From Macrostomum lignano (Eukaryota): 64,000 nucleotides of DNA. Both the position numbers and the translations under genes were made by a program. The stretch is from assembly GCA_002269645.1 (NCBI GenBank), contig NIVC01003061.1:1-64000 (forward strand). Reading direction: 5' to 3'. The notes beneath the pieces are model-generated. The model worked only from the letters and a program-made list of their open reading frames with translations, was not told the origin of the DNA and searched no databases. Positions 16,183 to 28,000 of this stretch are shown one piece after another; position 1 is the first letter of the stretch, and the number at the start of each line of letters is the position of its first letter.

Positions 16183-18174
16183 CTATAGCCGTTATCTGTA
16201 CTATAAAGTGTGTATCTGCGTTGTATATATAAGCAGTCAAGAACTAGGCAGATGCTGATACACGCAAGTTAAATTTGTCCTGTGGGCATGGGCATCTGCT
16301 AATGCTAATAGTATGAAACAGCGCGATTTGATACATACAACCGTCATACAGTAGGGGTTAATGCGTGTGTATATGATTAGCTTAGCTTAACCATGTGGTT
16401 AAAGCTATAAACTTAAAGGAGTGTGTTGTGTTTTGCGTGCGTGCAGTAAGTAGTAGTGCGCCCTTCTTGCTCTCTGTTGACCTCTACGGGCCCAATACGA
16501 GCCCTATAGGCCTCCTCTCCATTTTCGATTCCTACCGTGCTGTCTCATCCTTCCTCCTTTCCTTCTCTTTCTTATCTATCCAACATACCCCGGTCCACAC
16601 TGTACAGATGCGTTCCTGTGTCAGCGGGGGGTGGGTGTGTGGCCCCCGGCGTACATTGGCGACCGGCGCGCTTCTCCAATGTACACTTGGCTGGTTCAGA
16701 TAGATTGGGGGGGTGTCGCGCGACAGATTAATGCGAGCAAGAGTAAACGCGCGAGAGAGGGAGAGAGAGAGAGAGCGGGTAGGGGGTGACGGCGGGGTTA
16801 ATAATAGTTTTAGCTTCTTTTATTACACTGTTGTAGCTTAATAGAGAGGAGAGGGCAGCGGGCATGACACAACGGTGACGTCAGTTTTCAGGCAAACTGC
16901 TGGTCCTAAAATTAGTAAGTGCACACAAGCCGGCGGAAAGCGGAACCCCCAAATCCGAACCCCCTCCCCTCCGCAGTCCTCCAGTCTTCACCGGGCTCAA
17001 GCCCTCCCCTTCTTACACAGAATCATTTTTCCTATCTATCTTACTCGCTCATTTGTTAATAATAATAGCGTGCGTGTTATAATAAAAGGACTATAGGCCA
17101 AGTATTGTCATAACATTGTCTTCTCTTTACGCTGTTATGTCTGGTCTGGAAGAGCTTAACTGTGTTTAATCATGCCCTGGCCTTGGGCCAGTATACAGAA
17201 CTAAGAATGAAATGGAACAAAGTATGCATTGTATATACTTTTAGCAAATAGTAATAAAAAATGACAGCAACAGCAGTTCTGAAAAATTTGACTGAATAAT
17301 TTTTGCTTCAAGAAATAAAAACCGGAGTAGACACTCGGATGTTTTTAATTAATCCTGTTACAAAATATTTGAAAAAAACGATTTTTTAATCCTGCGCCTG
17401 ACTGTCTCTGTGACTGTCTAATTTCGACGTTTTTTAAACTGTCCCTTACATCTAAAACTAGTCTAATTATAATGTCTTTAATCGAGTTTTTACATAGAAT
17501 TGTTATTGCCTTTTTAAAAAAAGAAAATTGCTAATTGTGCCGAGTAATTATTATATGGCTAGAAATTAGCCTTTTTTATTTAAACTACTGCAATTGCATG
17601 TACAGCCTACACTTTTTGCCAATTTAATATTCTCTTTAAACCCTTGATTTTTAAACTGCCTTAGCCGTTTCAAAAAATCTGTGTAATTATTCAATATTAT
17701 TAACAATATAGTTTGTACTTTGGCGGCCTTGTGTCATCAATGCTCATCTTAAAATCATTCAATTTAATGCATGCATCCTCTAGTTGCGTTTTATTGAACG
17801 CAAATTTTTGTTAAAGTTTGTCGCGCAAGAGGTTGGTTTTTTAAATTCAAACTCAGCAACGCGTTGGTAAGTCATGCTGGCTTCCCAGATTCCCCAGTGT
17901 TATAAACTTAAATATTTTTAGCAATATATTTGCGCGTTATATTTGTCTATTTGTTTTTTTTGACCGATTCTCTATGCTGTCGATTTTAAACTCTATTCTA
18001 ATAGGTGACAGATCGGGTTTTAAAACTCTAATCTCTAATCTCAAGTGTCAAGAGATGTGAAATGAGATTCTTATCTCAGACGTGAGAAATAAGAGTTACG
18101 AGCTCTAATCTCATAGATGCGAGGTGAGAACTCAGATTTTGAGGTTTCATCTCATAGCGGAAATGATATTATCT

Positions 18175-18680
18175 GGGCTCTAATCTCAGCTGAGAGATGA
18201 GATTTTGAAGCTCTAATCTCATAGGTGAGAGATGAGATTCTAAAGCTCTAATCTCATAGGTGAGAGATGAGATTCTGAAGTTCTACTCTCAAAGGTGAGA
18301 GATGAGATTCTGAAGCTCTTATCTCATAGGTGAGAGATGAGATTCTAAAGCTCTAATCTCAAAGGTGAGAGATGAGATTCTAAAGCTCTAATCTCATAGG
18401 TGAGAGATGAGATTCTAAAGCTCTAATCTCAAAGGTGAGAGATGAGATTCTAAAGCTCTAATCTCATAGGTGAGAGATGAGATTCTAAAGCTCTAATCTC
18501 ATAGGTGAGAGATGAGATTCTGAAGCTCTAATCTCATAGGTGAGAGATGAGATTCTAAAGCTCTAATCTCAAAGGTGAGAGATGAGATTCTGAAGCTCTA
18601 ATCTTATAGGTAAGAGATGAGATCTTAAAAGCTCTAATCTCATAGTTGAGAGATGAAGTTCTGAAGCTTTAATCTCATAT
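18175..18680. repeat. 35-bp minisatellite (CTCTAATCTCATAGGTGAGAGATGAGATTCTAAAG); degenerate copies from about 18020
   Basis: About 14 tandem units. Confidence 0.94.
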
Positions 18681-19524
18681 AAGACGCAGGTGATTTTGAG
18701 ATTCTAATCGATTTGGGTCATGAGGTATTCAGATTATTAATTAATATATAAACTTGAGCGCTTTTTTAAGTCTCAATAAAAAGCGTCTTAGCGCACTCCT
18801 ATATCGCTGTATTAATATTGCTTATACTCAACTGTGTCATCTCATCTCTCTATTCTTTCACTAAACCTAATGCAATCCATGTCCATTGTGTATATTGAAA
18901 TCCGATCTATTGTAATTAAATATTGAAATTAATTAATTTAACACTTGGTTTCTGTGTCTGTTTGACGTTACATGACCCTTTCTTCGGATGCACATACTGC
19001 TACTATATAATATTGTAATTCATAGTAAGTAATTAGCCAGCTTTGCTTTCAGTTTGTTATAGATCCTAACATTAAAAACAATGCTATGCTAATTACTATT
19101 AATAAAAAATAGCTCGATAATTTATTGTTACAAATCGTTGTGTTGTGCTTTTTTTATGTTTCAGTTGACTCTATAATTATTTATAAACAGTGCTAGTTGT
19201 TGCGTTACTAAAACCTTATTGGATAATATAATTATAGTTATTTTGACGCGAAAATTTTCTTGTCTTTGTTAATTTGGAATTTAAGCTAAAAATGCGATAA
19301 CAATTTGCTTATCTTGCTTGCGTATTTATGATGCTTTTCTACGTGAATACGATTTGCACCTGTATTTGGCCTGTAAAACTAAAATGCAATCTCGACTGTT
19401 CAGATAAGAAAAATTATCGATTTAATCGTTTGAGACACACAACCGGATTAGTGTCAGTTTTTACTTGGCTTGGTTAATTTCAATTTTTATAGTGCTCCGA
19501 CAGATTGTTTTGTCTTTTTTGGAT

Positions 19525-22445
19525 TCTAAACACCCTGAACTCTAACTACCCTGCATTCTGAACTCTAAACACCCTGAATTCTGGACTCTAAACACTCTGA
19601 ATTCTGGACTCTAAACACTCTGAATTCTGGACTCTAAACACTCTGAATTCTGGACTCTAAACACTCTGAATTCTGGACTCTAAACACTCTGAATTCTGGA
19701 CTCTAAACACTCTGAATTCTGGACTCTAAACACTCTGAATTCTGGACTCTAAACACTCTGAATTCTGGACTCTAAACACTCTGAATTCTGGACTCTAAAC
19801 ACTCTGAATTCTGGACTCTAAACACTCTGAATTCTGGACTCTAAACACTCTGAATTCTGGACTCTAAACACTCTGAATTCTGGACTCTAAACACTCTGAA
19901 TTCTGGACTCTAAACACTCTGAATTCTGGACTCTAAACACTCTGAATTCTGGACTCTAAACACTCTGAATTCTGGACTCTAAACACTCTGAATTCTGGAC
20001 TCTAAACACTCTGAATTCTGGACTCTAAACACTCTGAATTCTGGACTCTAAACACTGAATTCTGAACTCTAAACACTCTGAATTCTGGACTCTAAACACT
20101 GAATTCTGAACTCTAAACACCCTGAATTCTGGACTCTTAACACTCTGAATTCTGGACTCTAAACACTCTGCATTCTGAACTCTAAACACCCTGAAATCTG
20201 AACTCTAAACACTCTGAATTCTGAACTCTAAACACCCTGAATTCTGAACTCTAAACACCCTGAATTCTGGACTCTAAACACTCTGCATTCTGGACTCTAT
20301 ACACTCTGAATTCTGGACTCTAAACACTGAATTCTGAACTCTAAACACTCTGAATTCTGGACTCTAAACACTGAATTCTGAACTCTAAACACCCTGAATT
20401 CTGGACTCTAAACACTCTGAATTCTGGACTCTAAACACTCTGAATTCTGGACTCTAAACACTGGATTCTGAACTCTAAACACCCTGAAATCTGAACTCTA
20501 AACACTCTGAATTCTGAACTCTAAACACCCTGAATTCTGAACTCTAAACACCCTGAATTCTGGACTCTAAACACTCTGCATTCTGGACTCTATACACTCT
20601 GAATTCTGGACTCTAAACACTCTGAATTATGGACTCTAAACACTCTGAATTCTGGACTCTAAACACTCTGAATTCTGGACTCTAAACACTCTGAATTCTG
20701 GACTCTAAACACTCTGAATTCTGGACTCTAAACACTCTGAATTCTGGACTCTAAACACTCTGAATTCTGGACTCTAAACACTCTGAATTCTGGACTCTAA
20801 ACACTCTGAATTCTGGACTCTAAACACTCTGAATTCTGGACTCTAAACACTCTGAATTCTGGACTCTAAACACTGAATTCTGAACTCTAAACACTCTGAA
20901 TTCTGGACTCTAAACACTGAATTCTGAACTCTAAACACCCTGAATTCTGGACTCTTAACACTCTGAATTCTGGACTCTAAACACTCTGCATTCTGAACTC
21001 TAAACACCCTGAAATCTGAACTCTAAACACTCTGAATTCTGAACTCTAAACACCCTGAATTCTGAACTCTAAACACCCTGAATTCTGGACTCTAAACACT
21101 CTGCATTCTGGACTCTATACACTCTGAATTCTGGACTCTAAACACTGAATTCTGAACTCTAAACACTCTGAATTCTGGACTCTAAACACTGAATTCTGAA
21201 CTCTAAACACCCTGAATTCTGGACTCTAAACACTCTGCATTCTGGACTCTATACACTCTGAATTCTGGACTCTAAACACTGAATTCTGAACTCTAAACAC
21301 TCTGAATTCTGGACTCTAAACACTGAGTTCTGAACTCTAAACACCCTGAATTCCGGACTCTAAACACTCTGAATTCTGGACTCTAAACACTCTGAATTCT
21401 GGACTCTAAACACTCTGAATTCTGGACTCTAAACACTCTGAATTCTGGACTCTAAACACTCTGAATTCTGGACTCTAAACACTCTGAATTCTGGACTCTA
21501 AACACTGAATTCTGAACTCTAAACACTCTGAATTCTGGACTCTAAACACTGAATTCTGAACTCTAAACACCCTGAATTCTGGACTCTTAACACTCTGAAT
21601 TCTGGACTCTAAACACTCTGCATTCTGAACTCTAAACACCCTGAAATCTGAACTCTAAACACTCTGAATTCTGAACTCTAAACACCCTGAATTCTGAACT
21701 CTAAACACCCTGAATTCTGGACTCTAAACACTCTGCATTCTGGACTCTATACACTCTGAATTCTGGACTCTAAACACTGAATTCTGAACTCTAAACACTC
21801 TGAATTCTGGACTCTAAACACTGAATTCTGAACTCTAAACACCCTGAATTCTGGACTCTAAACACTCTGCATTCTGGACTCTATACACTCTGAATTCTGG
21901 ACTCTAAACACTGAATTCTGAACTCTAAACACTCTGAATTCTGGACTCTAAACACTGAGTTCTGAACTCTAAACACCCTGAATTCTGGACTCTAAACACT
22001 CTGAATTCTGGACTCTAAACACTCTGAATTCTGGACTCTAAACACTGAATTCTGAACTCTAAACACCCTAAATTCTGAACTCTAAAAACCCTGAATTCTG
22101 AACTCTAAACACTCTGAATTCTGAACTCTAAACACCCTGAATTCTGGACTCTAAACACTCTGAATTCTGGACTCTAAACACCCTGAATTCTGAACTCTAA
22201 ACACCTTGAATTCTGAACTCTAAACACCCTGCACTCTGGACTCTAAACACTCTGAATTCTGGACTCTAAACACCCTGAATTCTGAACTCTAAACACCTTG
22301 AATTCTGAACTCTAAACACCCTGCACTCTGTACTCTAAACACCCTGAATTCTGAACTCTAAACACCCTGAATTCTGAACTCTAAACACCCTGCACTCTGG
22401 ACTCTAAACACCCTAATATTTTGAACCCTTAAACACCCTGAATTA
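19525..22445. repeat. 23-bp satellite (ACTCTAAACACTCTGAATTCTGG) with 21-bp variants and block duplications
   Basis: About 2.9 kb of tandem units, most containing GAATTC. Confidence 0.98.
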
Positions 22446-23136
22446 AATTGTTATGAAAGAAAGAAGTTATGCATTCTGAGCATGTCTGTCAATAAAGTTT
22501 GTTTTAGTTCCGCAAGAATTTCTATTATATTGAAAATTTTCCCAAAGCCACGTTACGAATTACGAATATAAACCTGTAGAATGGTCTGTTTTGCAGTATC
22601 TAAGGCTGTAGTGCAAATCAGCTGTACGCGCTAACTTACTGACTTGACTGTCTGCTTTTAGGGGACAGGGGCACAGGGCGTAGGAAGCGCAAAATTCGCT
22701 ATTTCCTACTTTGGCTACCAAAGTTATTCGTCAGGATTCCCCGGTTGAGAGGATTTGAAGTTACTTGGGTGCAGTGTGCGCTGTTCTTTCCTATCTAGAT
22801 TGTGTGTCTGTGTACTTTCTGCTCTAGTCTATGCCGGCAGTTGTTATCAAGCTAATGCGTTTGTTGTCCAGCGCTATCTAGATTGTAGGGTACATTTTTT
22901 GTTATAAACCCATGGGTTACAGCTCACTTAGGAAAGCAATGAGTACACCTCGTCATGATGCCTGTTTCTTAGAGAATTTTGCCTCTCTTCTTGACTCCCC
23001 TTGCTGCTTTTGAAAGACGGGCACCACTTCTTCGGGCAGACAATTCAAGAGAACTGCTTTTAAACTGCTCATCATATTGCAATACTGACTTCTTCTGACT
23101 GCGGCAGCATGACAGCTGTGGTGAGTGGCCTGGGCT

Positions 23137-23207
23137 GCCTGTCTGTCTGTCCCTCTGATTTTCTGTCTGTCTGCCTGTCTGTCTGTCTGTCTGTCTGTCT
23201 GCCTGCC

Positions 23208-23256
<49 letters not shown>

Positions 23257-23279
23257 GCCTGCCTGTCTATCTGCCCACC

Positions 23280-23312
<33 letters not shown>

Positions 23313-23390
23313 GCCTGCCTGTCTGTCTGCCCACCTTTCTGCCTGCCTGTCTATCTGCCCACCTGTCTGTCTGTCTGTCCGTCTCTGTCT
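23137..23390. repeat. (GTCT/GCCT)n microsatellite
   Basis: Visible directly. Confidence 0.95.
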
Positions 23391-23796
23391 TTCTTCTGTA
23401 TCTATCTATTTATCAATTTATTGACCAATCTATCTATTCATAATTCGCAAGATTCCCATCATCAATTCCGCTAAATTATTAAAGTACTAAACATACCCCC
23501 AACCAACGCAGCTTAGCTTCCCAAAAGAGGAAACTGGGAGCCCAGCGGGGCATGAATGCGCTCTCTATTATGACGCTTCGCAACCAGACTTTCTCAGCCA
23601 TTTTCTCTCACCCTGCTGTTCCCTCTTTTCGTTTCGCTGCTTCTTTCTCCGTCTCTTTTGACGGATAGCTTTTCTGGTGCCACCCACGGCTTGCAGGCGC
23701 GCGGGGGCGGGGGTGGGGGATTCTGCCTCGGACACCCTGGCCAGCTTGTGGGATTCCCATTCTGCTGGCGCAGATTAGCGGTGGGACTGCTTGTGA

Positions 23797-23823
23797 GTCT
23801 GTCTGTCTGTCTGTCTGTCTGCC

Positions 23824-23856
<33 letters not shown>

Positions 23857-24247
23857 GCCTGTCTGTCTGTCTGTCTGCCTGCCTGTCTGTCTGTCTGTCT
23901 GCCTGTCTGTCTGTCTGTCTGTCTGTCTGCCTGTCTGTCTGTCTGTCTGTCTGTCTGCCTGTCTGTCTGTCTGTCTGCCTGTCTGTCTGTCTGTCTGTCT
24001 GTCTGCCTGTCTGTCTGTCTGCCTGTCTGTCTGCCTGTCTGTCTGTCTGTCTGTCTGTCTGTCTGCCTGTCTGTCTGTCTGCCTGTCTGTCTGCCTGTCT
24101 GTCTGTCTGCCTGTCTGTCTGCCTGTCTGTCTGCCTGTCTGTCTGTCTGCCTGTCTGTCTGTCTGTCTGTCTGCCTGTCTGTCTGTCTGTCTGTCTGCCT
24201 GTCTGTCTGCCTGTCTGTCTGTCTGCCTGTCTGTCTGTCTGTCTGCC

Positions 24248-24280
<33 letters not shown>

Positions 24281-24463
24281 GCCTGTCTGTCTGTCTGCCT
24301 GTCTGTCTGTCTGTCTGTCTGTCTGCCTGTCTGTCTGTCTGTCTGCCTGCCTGCCTGCCTGTCTGTCTGTCTGTCTGTCTGTCTGTCTGCCTGTCTGTCT
24401 GTCTGCCTGTCTGTCTGTCTGTCTGTCTGTCTGCCTGTCTGTCTGTCTGTCTGCCTGCCTGCC

Positions 24464-24497
<34 letters not shown>
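23797..24497. repeat. (GTCT/GCCT)n microsatellite
   Basis: Visible directly; source of the SVCL/DRQT artefact ORFs. Confidence 0.97.
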
Positions 24498-24498
<1 letters not shown>

Positions 24499-25000
24499 GG
24501 ATCAAATCGCTTCAGTTTGCATCATTCTACACATATATTCTACCAGCGTCTTCTGGACTCCTAGTTGAAAATGTCTGCCTCTCATGAGAGAGACGCACTC
24601 GGACACCAGCCAGTATTGAGCATTGAGGACTCTCTTAGCCCAGACCGATGCGGAGAGGAAATTGATTTGGTAAACCTTGCAGAGGCCTCTCTCTGTCAAG
24701 AGTGAGGCGAAGCAAACTGGCGGAGAACGAATTCTTAGAGCGCGAAAAAGAAGAAGCGGCAGATAAAATGCTTTCAGTGTCCGATTGCATAACCAATTTG
24801 TTTAGACCAAACCAAGGCGAAGTCGCCCTCACCCTACCCGGCAGACAGATTTTCTTTTACCAAAAGCAGAAATTCTTGTTCTTGGAGTGTGCATTCGCTG
24901 ACCTTCCCTTGGCCCTGAGGTGGTAATCGAAACCGGCTATCTAATTTTACAAATTTGAAGACACAGGCCTCATCAACGCTTCCCGCAATTAAATGCACTA

Positions 25001-25051
<51 letters not shown>

Positions 25052-25090
25052 TGGACAGACAGAAAGACAGACAAACAGACAGACAGACAG
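25001..25090. repeat. (GACA)n microsatellite, left part of a tract split by the 6.7-kb insertion
   Basis: Runs up to the left TSD ACACTCT. Confidence 0.93.
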
Positions 25091-25097
25091 ACACTCT

Positions 25098-28000
25098 TAC
25101 GACTGTCTGTGTGTTTAGCGGGACCTGAGTTATGTTAATGCGTTATGTGGACCACGCAATTCCGGTTAAAAAATAGAGTCTGTTTTGACAACGCGAAAGG
25201 CTAGCTAGGGTTATCTTTTTGTTAACTTGACGGAATAGCCAGTTCGGGGAAACTGTGGTGGTTCACTAACTACGTTTTGGGGACCGGGTTAGGTGGACCG
25301 CAAAAAAACAGTTGGTTTAGTTAGACCTCTTTCGTTGTAGAAAATTTATTGCTTTAAACTGTTCTTTTGAACTAATTAAAACAGAAATTCTCAAAAAGAA
25401 CAGATAAAAGCGTTACGACGTCTTTTAATGAAAATATCCCAAATTCAAACCAATTTATTTAGCATTACTAATCAGGTTAATCGGGTTAAACAAATTTACG
25501 ATCGCATTAGTTAGTTGCGTCGCGTGAATACAAGAAGGTGAATGAAAATAAAGCATTTTGAAAATAAATACCGAATCATATCAAATACTAACTGTAAACT
25601 CATTAAAACTAATTTAGGTCAAAATGTATGCTTCAAATACATGTTAACAAACGTAAGATTCCATTAGTTAAAAAAGGTCATACGAGTAAGAGCCTACAAG
25701 AAGTTGAAGGGCATTTTTAATAACGACAAAAGTTACTGAAACTGAAATTAAATTGATTTGACTACACCAGTCCTATTATACTGAATGAGTTGGTGAGCAA
25801 TCATATGATAAGCCAATCATTTTACCGACTTTCATCTTTTCGTTCACGCAGATGATGGCTTAATCTTCTTATTTTTTCTACGAAATATTCTCCTGGACCT
25901 TCCCTGCCTCCGTGGTCCGGGACCGCTTCTGTTATTGATCTGTCATTGCCTCTCTCACGAATTTCAGCTTACTCAGCCATCGAATCCGCTTTCGTCAGCT
26001 CAGCTGTATAATAAACCTTTCTATATTTCTCGTCAATTAGTGGTTTGAATCTTCTTTTACAGTTCGTTTTAACCTTCATCTCGATGAAACGCAGTCAGTC
26101 ACGTCGAGCTCAGGCGAACAAAATCAACCACAGGCTCCTACAAAGGTAGAAAATAAAATTAACTGACAATCAAACAGACACAGAAATCTGTTCCAGTTGT
26201 GTCTGTAGGTTAGGTGGACCACCTTCCGAGAGCAAAAGCCTCAAACAGACTGAGAGAGCTGCATCAGTTGTGTCTGTAGGTTATGTGGACCACCTAAGAG
26301 CCAGAGCCTCAAACAGACAGAGAAATCTGTTCGAGTTGTGTCTGTAGGTTAGGTGGACCAGCTACTCCACAGCACTTCTAGGCGATAATCTGAGCCAGGA
26401 ATCTCCGAGAGCCTCTCGTTACGCATCCAGATGTTCTGACTTGATGCTGGACTAGCTCACTTTCTAGGAATCTGTTCTGATTGCATTCTAACAAACTGAA
26501 GCATTCTCGGCACTAAACTTTCTCGGCGGCTCTGAGAGCCAGAGCCTCAAACAGACAGAGAAATCTGTTCGAGTTGTGTCTGTAGGTTAGATGGACCACC
26601 TTCTGAGAGCCAAAGCCTCAAACAGACTGAGAGAGCTGCTTCAGTTGTGTTTGTAGGTTATGTGGACCACCTAAGAGCCAGAGCCTCAAACAGACAGAGA
26701 AATCTGTTCGAGTTGTGTCTGTAGGTTATGTGGACCACCTAAGAGCCAGAGCCTCAAACAGACAGAGAAATCTGTTCGAGTTGTGTCTGTAGGTTAGGTG
26801 GACCAGCTACTCCACAGCACTTCTAGGCGATAATCTGAGCCAGGAATCTCCGAGAGCCTCTCGTTACACATCCAGATGTTCTGCCTTGATGCTGGACTAG
26901 CTCACTTTCTAAGAATCTGTTCTGATTGCATTCTAACAAACTGAAGCATTTTCTGCACTAAACTTTCTCGGCGGCTCTGAGAGCCAGAGCCTCAAACAGA
27001 CAGAGAAATCTGTTCGAGTTGTGTCTGTAGGTTAGGTGGACCAGCTACTCCACAGCACTTCTAGGCGATAATCTGAGCCAGGAGTCTCCAAGAGACTTTC
27101 GTTACACATCCAGATGTTCTGCCTTGATGCTGGACTAGCTCACTTTCTAGGAATCTGTTCTGATTGCATTCTAACAAACTGAAGCATTTTCTGCACTAAA
27201 CTTTCTCGGCGGCTCTGAGAGCCAGAGCCCTAAACAGACAGAGAATCTGTTCGAGTTGTGTCTGTAGGTTATGTGGACCACCTTCTGAGAGCCAAAGCCT
27301 CAAACAGACTGAGAGAGCTGCTTCAGTTGTGTCTGTAGGTTATGTGGACCACCTAAGAGCCAGAGCCTCAAACAGACAGAGAAATCTGTTCGAGTTGTGT
27401 CTGTAGGTTAGGTGGACCAGCTACTCCACAGCACTTCTAGGCGATAATCTGAGCCAGGAATCTCCGAGAGACTTTCGTTACACATCCAGATGTTCTGCCT
27501 TGATGCTGGACTAGCTCACTTTCTAGGAATCTGTTCTGATTGCATTCTAACAAACTGAAGCATTCTCGGCACTAAACTTTCTCGGCGGCTCTGAGAGCCA
27601 GAGCCCTAAACAGACAGAGAAATCTGTTCGAGTTGTGTCTGTAGGTTAGGTGGACCACCTAAGAGCCAGAGCCTCAAACAGACAGAGAAATCTGTCCGAG
27701 TTGTGTCTGTAGGTTAGGTGGACCAGCTACTCCACAGCACTTCTAGGCGATAATCTGAGCCAGGAATCTCCGAGAGCCTCTCGTTACGCATCCAGATGTT
27801 CTGACTTGATGCTGGACTAGCTCACTTTCTAGGAATCTGTTCTGATTGCATTCTAACAAACTGAAGCATTTTCTGCACTAAACTTTCTCGGCGGCTCTGA
27901 GAGCCAGAGCCCTAAACAGACAGAGAAATCTGTTCGAGTTGTGTCTGTAGGTTATGTGGACCACCTTCTGAGCGCCAAAGCCTCAAACAGACTGAGAGAG

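Noticed and set aside
22939-23120. Plus-strand frame with three in-frame TGA codons (selenoprotein-like)
   Set aside because: The TGAs are the complement of TCA codons in an open minus-strand frame; no SECIS or selenoprotein motif seen.
23594-24587. Long DRQT/SVCL ORFs (also at 31708-32571 and 38440-39693)
   Set aside because: (GACA)n and (GTCT)n have stop-free frames by construction.
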